From an uncultured Chloroflexia bacterium (GTDB lineage Bacteria > Chloroflexota > Limnocylindria > Limnocylindrales > CSP1-4): DNA of 64,000 nucleotides. Of this stretch, positions 1 through 8,996 are shown piece by piece. Positions within the stretch are counted from its first letter, which is position 1. The number at the start of each line of letters is the position of its first letter. A model generated the notes under the pieces. That model was not told the origin of the DNA. It made no database searches and worked only from the letters and a program-made list of their open reading frames with translations. Where the stretch lies: assembly GCA_963820735.1 (NCBI GenBank), contig CAWGBA010000004.1, positions 131,579 through 195,578 of the forward strand, read 5' to 3'. The translations under genes were made by a program, and so were the position numbers.

Positions 1-875
1 CCGTTCCCATCTGCGTCTGCGGCGTGGGGATCGCGATCGCTCTGCGGGCCGGGGCGTTCAACCTGGGCGGCGAGGGCCAGATGGTGCTCGGCTCGCTCGC
101 CTGCGCGGTCGCCGCGAACACCTTCTCCGGCCTCCCGGGACCGCTGGTCACGCTGCTCGCTTTGGGGTTCGGTTGTCTCGTCGGCGCGCTGTATGCGTTC
201 CTGCCGGCCATCCTCGAGGTGCGCCTCGCGGTGCCGATCCTGATCACGTCGCTGCTGCTCAACTACATCGCAGCACTCTTCGCGGCCTGGGCCGCCAACT
301 ACCCGCTTCGAGACCTCTCCGGCGGCGGTGGCCTGCCACAGACGACGGTGATCGCCAAGGATGCGTGGCTGCCGATCGTCCTGCCCGGCACACGCCTGTA
401 CCTCGGGATCGTGACGCTGGTGATCCTGCCCTTGGTCGTCGCGTGGCTCTTCCGCCGCACGGTGGCCGGCTATGAGCTGCGGGCGCTCGGCGCCAACCGG
501 CGCTTCGCTCGCTACGGTGGAGTGAACGTCGGTCGCGGCGTGACCGGCGCAATGCTCGCAAGCGGCGCCATCTGTGGCCTTGCCGGTTCATTGGTCGTGC
601 TGGGTGTCAACCACCGCTACATCGATGGCTATGTCACGCAGGCGAGCTTCGCCTGGTCGGGCTTCATCGCGGCGATCCTCACGGGAGCAGCACCAATCGC
701 GACGGTGATCGCCGGCGTGTTCCTCGCGGCGCTGCAGGTCGGCGCCGCCGGCATGACGCGATCGACCGAGATCCCCCTCCAGGTGGTGGACGTGGTGCAG
801 GCAACGATCATCCTGGTCATCGCGGCGCGAGTCGGGCTGGCGCTGTTCCTGCAGAGACGCCTGGGATCCTTCTGA
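1..875 (+). CDS. ABC transporter permease (BMP/nucleoside-sugar type), 5' end cut by window edge
   Basis: ORF 24..875 stays open back to nt 3. Polytopic hydrophobic protein with the FNLGGEGQ motif, which normally lies ~60 aa into this permease family. 1-nt TGATG overlap with the next permease gene. Confidence 0.75.
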   Translation, partial: VPICVCGVGIAIALRAGAFNLGGEGQMVLGSLACAVAANTFSGLPGPLVTLLALGFGCLVGALYAFLPAILEVRLAVPILITSLLLNYIAALFAAWAANYPLRDLSGGGGLPQTTVIAKDAWLPIVLPGTRLYLGIVTLVILPLVVAWLFRRTVAGYELRALGANRRFARYGGVNVGRGVTGAMLASGAICGLAGSLVVLGVNHRYIDGYVTQASFAWSGFIAAILTGAAPIATVIAGVFLAALQVGAAGMTRSTEIPLQVVDVVQATIILVIAARVGLALFLQRRLGSF

Positions 876-1825
876 TGGGCGTATTCGACGTCGCTCTGAT
901 CGCGTCGACGGTGCGCCTCGTCGCGCCGATCCTGCTCGCGGCACTCGGTGGGCTGGCGACGGAACGGGCCGGCATCTTCAACGTCGCGCTCGAGGGCCTG
1001 ATGCTGATCGGCGCCTTCGTCGCGGTCGCCGTCACGCACGTGACGGGCAACCCGTGGGCCGGCGCGGGCGCGGCAGCCCTGCTCGCAATGGCAACCTCGG
1101 CCATCTTCGCGTTCGTCGTCATCGACCTGCGCGGAGACCAGGTGGTCGCCGGCCTCGCGATCAACATCCTCGCCTTGGGCCTGACGACGTACCTGGTCAA
1201 GCCCGTGTTCGGGACGACCGGCAGTTTCTACGACCCCAACATGCCGGGACTGCCGGAGATCAACATCCCGTTCCTCAGCGGACTTCCTGTGATCGGACAA
1301 CTGACGTCGGGGTTCTCGGCGCTCACCTACCTCGCCTTCGTGCTCGCGTTCGTCGGGCACGTGATGCTGTACCGCCATCCGTGGGGCATCCATCTCCGCG
1401 CAGTTGGCGAGTCGCCGGTCGCGGCAGGTTCCGTTGGCATCCCGGTCCGGCGAGCCAAGTACGCGGCCGTGTTGCTGTCGGGCATCCTCTGCGGCCTGGC
1501 CGGTGCGGAGCTGTCGATCTCGCTCGTGACCCAGTTCGTGCTGGGCATGACCGCCGGCCGCGGCTTCATCGCGCTGGTTGCGGTCATGTTCGGTCGCGCA
1601 AGGCCGCTGCCGACGATGGCGGCGGCAATCCTCTTCGGCTTCGCGTACGCGCTCACCCTGCGACTCCAGGGCGGCATCGTGCCGCCGCAGTTCGTGGCGA
1701 TGCTCCCTTACGTGGCCACGATCGCGGTCCTGGTCGCGGTCGCGGTTCGAGCGAAACGGCGCAACTCCAGCGTGCTGCCGATCACGGAAGCGGTCGTCGA
1801 CGACGCGGCCGTCGCAACCCCATGA
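875..1825 (+). CDS. ABC transporter permease (second membrane subunit of the same system)
   Basis: 316-aa polytopic ORF, translationally coupled to the upstream permease. Sequence resembles the paired permeases of BMP-family uptake systems. Confidence 0.75.
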   Translation: MGVFDVALIASTVRLVAPILLAALGGLATERAGIFNVALEGLMLIGAFVAVAVTHVTGNPWAGAGAAALLAMATSAIFAFVVIDLRGDQVVAGLAINILALGLTTYLVKPVFGTTGSFYDPNMPGLPEINIPFLSGLPVIGQLTSGFSALTYLAFVLAFVGHVMLYRHPWGIHLRAVGESPVAAGSVGIPVRRAKYAAVLLSGILCGLAGAELSISLVTQFVLGMTAGRGFIALVAVMFGRARPLPTMAAAILFGFAYALTLRLQGGIVPPQFVAMLPYVATIAVLVAVAVRAKRRNSSVLPITEAVVDDAAVATP

Positions 1826-1869
1826 ACCCAGTTGTCGAACAGGTGTTCGAATGGTATAGTGCGCACCTT

Positions 1870-2240
1870 GGGGATGCGTGGTCTCGACAGGGCCCGAATC
1901 CCGGGAAACGCGAGCCGAGGTGCCGTCGGGCCTCGTTAAAAGGCGGCAAAACGAAGTAACTGGCAACCGCCAGCCTGCTCTCGCCCTCGCTGCTTAGGCA
2001 GTAAGGTGAGCGTGGAAGCAACCCCCTCCCCGCGGGTTGTGGAAGCGTCATTCAGCGGGGATGCGCCATCGAGTAGCGTCGCGTAGTCGAAGGCAAAGCC
2101 CGCAAGGGGACGTGACTGGACCGCACGGGATGCTGCCGATGGCAGCCCGGGCGGTTGACGACAAAGCATCGGACACGCTCGTAGCTGGTTCCCGGCAGAC
2201 GGTTCTGGACGGGGAGTTCGACTCTCCCCCATCTCCACCA
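1870..2240 (+). ncRNA. ssrA: tmRNA (transfer-messenger RNA)
   Basis: 5' GGGGATG pairs with 3' CATCTCC-ACCA, including the G3:U identity pair. T-arm GGGGAGTTCGACTCTCCCC lies at the 3' end. The stretch GCCTCGTTAAAAGGCGGCAAAACGAAGTAACT precedes an internal reading frame GGC AAC CGC CAG CCT GCT CTC GCC CTC GCT GCT TAG (1962..1997), giving the tag GNRQPALALAA. Total length is 371 nt. Confidence 0.9.
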
Positions 2241-2369
2241 AATGACCTCCGCGCCGGCGCGGCGCCCAGTCGGGTGCGTGGCGCGCCTCCGGCTGATCGA
2301 CGCGCGCGCGGCTGCCCCGCCGATGCTGCCGAGACCGTACCCTTCCGTCCCGGGAGGGCTGGAGCACCA

Positions 2370-3217
2370 GTGGCTGACGAGCTGATCATCAACCTGTGCC
2401 CCACCGGGATGGTGCCGACGCGTGCCGAAACGCCGCACGTGCCGCTGACCCCGGACGAGGTGGCGGCCGACGTGCGCCGATGTGCGGACCTGGGCGTGTC
2501 GATCGTCCACGTGCACCCGCGCGACGAGGCCGGCGCGCCAACGCAGTCGGTCGCACGCGCGCGCGAATTTCTCGCCGCGATTCGCGACCGCGGTGCCGGA
2601 CGTGATCCTTTGCGCCACGACCAGCGGCCGTGCGATCCCGACCTGGAGCCACGCGTGCGGCCGTGCTCGACATCGATCGGCCCGAGCGGCCCGAGATGGC
2701 GAGCCTGACCCTGGGCTCGATGAACTTCCCGCGCCAGGCCTCGGTCAATGCGCCGGACACGATCAAGGGGCTCGCCACGGCGGATGGCCGAACGCGGCAT
2801 CGTGCCCGAGTGGGAGGTGTTCGAGCTGGGGATGCTCGACTTCGCGCAGTACCTGCGTGACTCACGGGCTGTTGGCCGACCCCGTCTACGTCAACCTCAT
2901 CCTCGGATCGTTGGGCACCCTGGCAGCGACGCCGGCCAATCTCGCGCTTGCGGTGGAGCGACTGCCGGCGGGTGCGACCTGGGCGGGCGCGGGCGTCGGC
3001 CGCTTCCAGCTCAAGGTGAACGCGCTGGCAATCGCGATGGGCGGCCACGTGAGGGTGGGCCTGGAGGACAACATCTGGTTCGACGACGCCCGCACGCAGC
3101 TCGCGACGAACGCGTCGCTCGTGGAGCGCGTGGTCGCGATCGCCAGGGCAATGGGCCGAGAGCCGGCCACGTCCCGCACAGGTCAGGGCCCGCCTCGGCA
3201 TCCCAGCCGTCGGCTGA
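2370..3217 (+). pseudogene. 3-keto-5-aminohexanoate cleavage enzyme family (BKACE/DUF849), multiply frameshifted
   Basis: GTG start at 2370 follows a GGGAGGG RBS. Recognisable BKACE segments are spread over all three + frames: LIINLCPTGMVPT..VHVHPRDE; VPDVILCATTSGR; RPEMASLTLGSMNFP; MAERGIVPEWEVFELGML; LADPVYVNLILGS..GGHVRVGLEDN; and the C-terminus PAQVRARLGIPAVG*. At least five frame changes are needed to join them. Confidence 0.75.
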
Positions 3218-3223
3218 GCTCCG

Positions 3224-3709
3224 TCAGATCAGCTCCTCGGCTCGCACCTCGCCGACGATGCGTGCCGGATTTCCGGCCACGATCACCCCATCAGGAACGT
3301 CTCGCGTGACAACGGATCCGGCGCCGACGAACGCGTTGATCCCGATCGTGACGCCGGGCAACAGGATGCTGCCACCGCCAACCCTCGCCGCGCGCCTGAT
3401 GCGCGGCGCACGTCGATCGAAGGTCAGCGCGGGACGCCGGTGGACGATGCGCTTGTCGTTCATGGTGATCACCCGCGGTCCGCAGAACACGTCGTCCTCG
3501 ATGACGACTCCGCGGGTGATGTAGCAGCCGCTCTGCAGCGAGACGTTGTCTCCGATCGAAACGTCGCCCTCGATGTCCACGTACGAGCCGATCTTGCAGC
3601 CAGCCCCCAGCGTCGAATTCGCCCGGATCAGCACGAAGTTGCCCAACTGGGTGCCGTCACCCATGGTCACATCTGGAGCGATGACGTTGAACTGACCGCG
3701 AACATCCAT
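3224..3709 (-). CDS. Hexapeptide-repeat (left-handed beta-helix) sugar N/O-acetyltransferase
   Basis: The ORF contains repeated [LIV]-G-x4 hexapeptides ([25 protein letters not shown]...[16 protein letters not shown]) and a C-terminal VAGNPARI. Start taken at MDVRGQF; the ORF extends to 3754. Confidence 0.75.
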   Translation of the reverse strand: MDVRGQFNVIAPDVTMGDGTQLGNFVLIRANSTLGAGCKIGSYVDIEGDVSIGDNVSLQSGCYITRGVVIEDDVFCGPRVITMNDKRIVHRRPALTFDRRAPRIRRAARVGGGSILLPGVTIGINAFVGAGSVVTRDVPDGVIVAGNPARIVGEVRAEELI

Positions 3710-3823
3710 CAGATCCTCCGACCTCCGGCCGACCTCGCTCGTGGAGGGCCTCACTGCGACTCCCGGAGATGCTACGCACGATCACGCGTCTCGGGTCGGA
3801 CCCTGACGCTACCCTGAATCGGG

Positions 3824-5182
3824 ATGCGAATCCTGATGACGAACTGGCGTCTCGGCATTCGGGCCGGTTCGGAGCTGTATCTGCTCGACGTCGCTCGCTG
3901 GCTGCGCGACAAGGGACACGTTCCGGTCGCGTACGCGCCCACGCTCGGTGCGGTCGCCGACGAGCTGCGCGCCGAAGGAATCGCGGTCGTCGACAACCTG
4001 CGGCTGCTGGCGGAACCACCGGAAGTCATCCATGGCCAACATCACCTCTCGACGATGACGGCCATCGCGACCTTTCCGGAGGTTCCCGTCGTCGCCCTCT
4101 GCCACGGCTGGTTGCCGTGGGAGGAGCTGCCGATCCCCCACCCGGCCATCCGTCGTTACGTGGCGGTCAGCCGCCACACGCGTGAGCGCGTCGTCCTCGA
4201 GTCGGGCATTGACCCGACGCTCGTGCGCGTCCTGCCCAACTTTGTTGACGTCGAGCGATTCCAGCCCCGTGCGTCGCTTCCCGCGCGCCCGCGCCGAGCG
4301 CTGATTTTCAGCAACTATGCCGTCTCCGGCCGGGGCTGGGTTGATGCGGTCGCCGCGGCGTGCGCGAGCCTTGGGCTCCCCCTCGACGTGGTGGGCGGCG
4401 GCTGGGGCAATTCGACCGACCGTCCGGAGCAGGTGCTGCTGGAAGCTGACCTGGTCTTCGCGAAGGCACGCGCGGCGATGGAGGCGATGGCTACAGGCGC
4501 CGGCGTCATCCTGTGCGACGAGGCGGGAATTGGTCCCTTTGTCACCCCCGCCAACTTCGACGAGTTGCGCGACGGGAACTTTGGCATGGCGGTCCTCCGC
4601 ACTCCACACGACGTCGGGCTCGTCGCCACGGCGATCGAGCGGTACGACTCGGAGGCCGCCACCGCGGTAACGGAGCGCGTCCGGAATGAGCTTGGCCGCG
4701 ACGCGATCGTTCCGCGCCTCCTCCGCTTCTACGAAGAGGCGATCGAGGACGCGCAGCGCAAACCGGTCGACGAGCAGCTCGCGGCGGAAGCCATGGCGAA
4801 CTACCTGTACCAGCTCAACAGGCTCGACCCGGTGCCCAAGCAGGAGATTGCCCGCGCTGAGGCGCTCGCGCGAGAACGCCTCGAACTCGACCGGGCAAGG
4901 AACCGGGAGATCGCGGCGCTGCGGGCGGAGCTCCAGCCGACGATGGAGGTGCCGCAGCAGATTGCCGCGCTCCGGGCCGAGCTCGAAACCATGCGCGAGG
5001 TGCCGCAGCAGATCGCCGAGCTTGGGAGAGAGCGCGAATCCCTGATCAGCACGCAGCGCGAGGTCGCCGCACTGCGGGCCGAGCTCGAAACGATGCGGAT
5101 GTCCACCTCGTGGCAGGTAACCGCACCGCTTCGGCGCGCAGGCGCCTCGGCACGGAAGGTGGCGTCGCGCTGGCGGAAGTAG
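3824..5182 (+). CDS. GT-B fold glycosyltransferase (GT4-like) with C-terminal coiled-coil repeat tail
   Basis: 452-aa ORF. The N-terminus MRILMTNWRLGIRAGSELYLLDVARWL and the EARAAMEAMATGAGVI region are typical of GT1/GT4 enzymes. The C-terminal ~90 aa are imperfect repeats of IAALRAELETMREVPQQ. Confidence 0.65.
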   Translation: MRILMTNWRLGIRAGSELYLLDVARWLRDKGHVPVAYAPTLGAVADELRAEGIAVVDNLRLLAEPPEVIHGQHHLSTMTAIATFPEVPVVALCHGWLPWEELPIPHPAIRRYVAVSRHTRERVVLESGIDPTLVRVLPNFVDVERFQPRASLPARPRRALIFSNYAVSGRGWVDAVAAACASLGLPLDVVGGGWGNSTDRPEQVLLEADLVFAKARAAMEAMATGAGVILCDEAGIGPFVTPANFDELRDGNFGMAVLRTPHDVGLVATAIERYDSEAATAVTERVRNELGRDAIVPRLLRFYEEAIEDAQRKPVDEQLAAEAMANYLYQLNRLDPVPKQEIARAEALARERLELDRARNREIAALRAELQPTMEVPQQIAALRAELETMREVPQQIAELGRERESLISTQREVAALRAELETMRMSTSWQVTAPLRRAGASARKVASRWRK

Positions 5183-6289
5183 CCGCAGCCAGTGGGCCCC
5201 CGATTCCCCTTGCCCGCCCCGACCTCGGCGCCGATGAAGAGGCCGCGGTTCTCGAGGTGCTGCGTTCGGGAACGTTGGCCATGGGCGACCGAACAGCTGC
5301 CCTCGAACGGGCATGGGCAACCTACTGCGACGCCCCGCACGCGATCTTCATGGCAAACGGCACGCTGGCGCTCGAGGCGGTTCTGGTCGCCCTTGGAATC
5401 GGGCCTGGCGATGAGGTCGTCACCGTCAGCCTGAGCTTCAACGCCACGGTGAGTGCAATCCTCCGGGTCGGCGCCACTCCGGTGTTCGTGGACGTGCGCG
5501 ACGACGACTTCTGCATGGACCCGGAGTTGGTCGAATCGGCGATCACCGACCGGACCCGCCTGATCATGCCTGTCCATCTGTATGGCCTGATGGCCGACAT
5601 GGCGCCGATCAAGCAGATTGCAGATCGGCACGGGCTGCGAAATCGTCGAGGAGGCTGCCCAGGCCATCGGGGCGCGCTACCAGGGACGCAGTCCGGGGTC
5701 ATTCGGGCCGGCAGTTTTCAGCCTCTATGCAACCAAGAACGTGGCCGCCGGTGAGGGCGGCATGGTCGTCACGCACGATGCAGACCTGGCGGAGCGACTG
5801 CGACTCTGGCGCAATCACGGCATGCGCGGCCGCTACGACCACGTGATGGTTGGAACGAACGCCAAAGCCACCGACCTGGCCGCCGCGATCGCGCTCGTCC
5901 AGCTGACCAAGCTCGACGTCGCCGGCGACCGTCGAGGTGCAAACGCGACTCGGTTGTCGGCGGGGCTAAGCGACGCAAGCGGCTTATGCGTGCCGCTCGT
6001 TCCTCCGACCCGCGTCCACGCCTGGCACCAGTACACGGTCCGCTTTCCCACGGGGCGCGATCGAATCGCCAGGGAGCTCAGCGCGCGAGGGATCGGCAAC
6101 GAGGTGTACTACCGGACGCCGATCCATCGCCAGCCCTATCTCCGAGACCACTCGCACCGCGTTGCAGGGCATTTGTCGGTTACAGAACGCCTGGCGAACG
6201 AAGTGCTGTCCCTGCCGGTCCGGCCAAATCTGACCGATCAGGAGCTGGAGCGGGTCATCGTCGCAACGAACGACGTCGTCCGCACCTGA
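5110..6289 (+). CDS. DegT/DnrJ/EryC1/StrS-family sugar aminotransferase (apparent frameshift near 5630-5645)
   Basis: N-terminal half lies in ORF 5110..5754 (LARPDLGADEEAAVLEVLRSGTLAMG...IMPVHLYG). C-terminal half lies in ORF 5618..6289 (EIVEEAAQAIGA..FSLYATKNVAAGEGGMV...). They join at IADRHGL/EIVEEAAQ. The true start is uncertain because GTG 5110 overlaps the upstream gene. Confidence 0.8.
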
Positions 6290-6291
6290 CG

Positions 6292-7263
6292 ATGCGAAGT
6301 ACGTTTTGCCCGCGCGTCGCCGTGGTCGGAGTGGGCCGGATGGGTTCCCGGCACGTGCGTGCCCTGCTCGAGCGAGACGACGTCCTCGTCAGCGCCATCG
6401 CGGATCCGTCACCAGCGGCACAGGTGCACGCAATGGAGCTCGTCGCGGCCGTGCGCGGCCGCGCAACATTGCGGGTCTACTCCGGCCCCGAGGAGATGCT
6501 GGCGCGCGAACGACTCGACGCCGTCGTCATCGCCACACCACCGTCCCTTCATCAACGCCATTGCCTCCTGGCCCTGGAAGCGAAGATCGGCGTGCTCGTC
6601 GAGAAGCCGATGGCTCTGCGGGCGCAAGAAGCGCGCGTCATCATCGAGGCGCTCGAACGAACTCAGACGCCGTTCCTTGTCGGCCATGTCGAGCGCTTCA
6701 ACCCGGCAATTCGAGCCCTGAAGGAACGCCTTGCCGAGTCGGAGAGCGAGCACCCCTGGCTGATCGAGACCTGGCGATTCGGACCGAAGCCCGAGCTCGT
6801 CACGGGCTACGACGTCGGACAGGACCTGGCGATACACGATGTCGATCTCGTGTGTCACCTGGTCGGGCAAGAGCCGGTGAGCGTCAGAGCCAGTTCGGAA
6901 GGACGGGATCAACTCTTCGGAGAGCTGAGCTTTGCCTCGGGGACGGTAGCCCGCGTGTCGGTGGGTTGGCACGCGAACGATCGCGTGCGACGGATCGTCG
7001 TCCAGCTGGTCAGCAAACGTTTTGAGGTCGACTGCCTGCGCCAGGAGATCAAGGCTGTTCACCCTGACGGACCGCAACACGCAGTCCATCTCTCAGGAGA
7101 CCCGCTGGTTGCTGAGCATGACGCCTTTCTCGCGACGCTGGCCAACGGCACTCAGTCGCCGGTCAGCGGCTCCGACGGGCTTCGGGCGCTGTCCATCGTC
7201 GAGGCCCTCTTCGCGTCAGCGTCCGCTGGGACGCCCATTCACTTCAGCTCGGCAACTGCCTGA
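6292..7263 (+). CDS. Gfo/Idh/MocA-family NAD(P)-dependent oxidoreductase
   Basis: ATG at 6292 lies 3 nt after the DegT stop. Rossmann N-terminus RVAVVGVGRMGSRHVRAL plus the EKP motif (VLVEKPMAL) and GHVERFNP. Confidence 0.8.
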   Translation: MRSTFCPRVAVVGVGRMGSRHVRALLERDDVLVSAIADPSPAAQVHAMELVAAVRGRATLRVYSGPEEMLARERLDAVVIATPPSLHQRHCLLALEAKIGVLVEKPMALRAQEARVIIEALERTQTPFLVGHVERFNPAIRALKERLAESESEHPWLIETWRFGPKPELVTGYDVGQDLAIHDVDLVCHLVGQEPVSVRASSEGRDQLFGELSFASGTVARVSVGWHANDRVRRIVVQLVSKRFEVDCLRQEIKAVHPDGPQHAVHLSGDPLVAEHDAFLATLANGTQSPVSGSDGLRALSIVEALFASASAGTPIHFSSATA

Positions 7264-8059
7264 TCCGCTCGGTCACGGAGTCGCGCCACGTCAGCCACCG
7301 TTCGCCCCGGTCGACATCCCAGAGCGGGCCGTTGAAGCCGAGCGTGAACTGGCGGAAGCCCATCTCGACGTACGTCTCGGCATCTTCGTCGAGGAACCGA
7401 TCGAGATCGTCGGGCTCAACGCCCACGCCCCATTCGATTGCCGAGGCGTCGCGATTCGCTTCATCGCACCAACGAAGCAGTGCGTCGATCTTTGGCCGAA
7501 GCTGGTCAGGTCGGTCCGGGAATCCCGCATGCCAGCCATCCGCGAACTCGGCCACCAGCCGCAGGGTGCGCCGTTCGCCGCCACCCGCGATCAGCAAGGG
7601 CATCCGGCGGTGCAGTGGTGGCTGGAGCTGTTGAAGGCGCGCAACGATCCGTGGCAGGTCGGCGCCCAGTTGGCGAAGTCGTTCGCCGGGCGAACCAAAT
7701 GCATACCCGAATGCATCAAAGTCTCGCCTGAACCAGCCTGAACCAACGCCCAGGATGACGCGGCCGTCGCTGATGGCGTCGATCGTGCCCGCCATATAGG
7801 CCAGCAACTCCGGGTTGCGGTACCCGTTGCAAGCCACCAGCGGTCCGATCTCGATGCGGGAAGTCGCCTCGGCGATGGCGGCCAGCGTCGTCCAGCACTC
7901 GAGGCTCAGGTCGTCACGTGCGCCATAGAGCGGGAAGAAGTGATCCCACGTGTAGACGATGTCGTAGCCGAGCTCCTCGGCCCGGACGGCGGCGTCCCGG
8001 AAGCCCGGGTAGGTTCCGTGTTGGGGGTGAAGCTGAGCAGCGATGCGAATCGGCAGCAC
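7244..8059 (-). CDS. Luciferase-like (LLM class) F420-dependent oxidoreductase
   Basis: 271-aa ORF with family-typical segments: HPQHGTY..ELGYDIVYTWDHF, RVILGVGSGW, LLIAGGGERRTLRLVAEFADGW. Confidence 0.75.
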   Translation of the reverse strand: MLPIRIAAQLHPQHGTYPGFRDAAVRAEELGYDIVYTWDHFFPLYGARDDLSLECWTTLAAIAEATSRIEIGPLVACNGYRNPELLAYMAGTIDAISDGRVILGVGSGWFRRDFDAFGYAFGSPGERLRQLGADLPRIVARLQQLQPPLHRRMPLLIAGGGERRTLRLVAEFADGWHAGFPDRPDQLRPKIDALLRWCDEANRDASAIEWGVGVEPDDLDRFLDEDAETYVEMGFRQFTLGFNGPLWDVDRGERWLTWRDSVTERIRQLPS

Positions 8060-8169
8060 AAAAACCTCCTAGGCGGGTCGAGCGAAACGGGCCGGTTGCG
8101 CGACTCTCCAGTCCGCAGCTCGCACGTTCAACCTTGCTCCAAGGGCAAGGTCAAGAGGATAATCGCCGC

Positions 8170-8988
8170 GTGTTTGCCATCGGTGCGTTCGCCGATCTGT
8201 CCGGCATCTCAGCCAAGGCGCTCCGGCTGTACGACCGCATGGGCCTCTTTCGTCCGGCCTGGACCGACGCCGCCACTCGCTACCGCTACTACTCCGCCGC
8301 GCAGCTTCCGGAGCTGCGCCGGATCGTCGCGTTGCGCAACACGGGCATGCCGCTCGCCGAAATCGCTCGGGTCCGACATCCCCTCGATCTGCGAGCCGCG
8401 CTCGAGCAGCGCCGGCGAGAGTTGGAGGCCCAGCGAGCGGACCTCGAGCGACGGCTTGCGGCGCTCGCGATCCGGTTCGACTCGACGAATGGAGACGATA
8501 CGGACAGCGCGCTCGACACTGCCGATGTCGTGGTCCGAACGCTCGAACCGCAGCTCGTCGCATCTCGAGCGATCGCGTCGCACGAGGATGTCGCCGACGC
8601 CTTCTACGAGCTCGAGACGCACGTTCGCAACGCGGGCGCGAGGGCGCCGCGGCCGCCCGGCGTTGTCCTTGGCGACGACGCTGAAGCCCAGAGAATCTTC
8701 GTGCCCATCCGCCGCCTGGTGCCGGCCGGGGAGCGGATCACCGTGGAGCGACTGGCCTCCGTGCGCGCCGCGACGACGCTCCACCACGGCAGCTACGCCG
8801 GCCTCGGCGAGGCGCGCGCTTCGCTCGATCGATGGATCGAGCGCGCCGGCATGGCACCGTCGGGTTCCCTCCGAATCCTCTACCTCCAGTTCGGCGCCGA
8901 AAGGGAATTACAGGTTCCGTCGGCGTTCATCGTCGAACGCGACGCGGACTTCGTCACCGAGCTGCAGCAGCCCGTCGCCTCAGCCTGA
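8170..8988 (+). CDS. MerR-family transcriptional regulator with GyrI-like effector-binding domain
   Basis: GTG 8170 starts FAIGAFADLSGISAKALRLYDRMGLFRPAWTDAATRYRYYSAAQL, a MerR helix-turn-helix. This is followed by a coiled-coil and a C-terminal GyrI-like region (TTLHHGSYAGLGEA). Confidence 0.8.
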   Translation: MFAIGAFADLSGISAKALRLYDRMGLFRPAWTDAATRYRYYSAAQLPELRRIVALRNTGMPLAEIARVRHPLDLRAALEQRRRELEAQRADLERRLAALAIRFDSTNGDDTDSALDTADVVVRTLEPQLVASRAIASHEDVADAFYELETHVRNAGARAPRPPGVVLGDDAEAQRIFVPIRRLVPAGERITVERLASVRAATTLHHGSYAGLGEARASLDRWIERAGMAPSGSLRILYLQFGAERELQVPSAFIVERDADFVTELQQPVASA

Positions 8989-8996
8989 GCCCCACC

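Noticed and set aside
629-1966. 445-aa minus-strand ORF overlapping both ABC permease genes
   Set aside because: Arg/Asp/His-rich, non-protein-like composition. It is antisense to two well-supported permease genes, a typical high-GC shadow ORF.
2241-3217. Prophage or integrative element directly at ssrA
   Set aside because: No integrase or recombinase ORF and no recognisable duplication of the tmRNA 3' end in the window. Kept only as a low-interest positional remark.
3809-5320. 503-aa minus-strand ORF opposite the GT-B glycosyltransferase
   Set aside because: Arg-rich low-complexity translation with no recognisable motifs. The plus-strand gene has clear family features.
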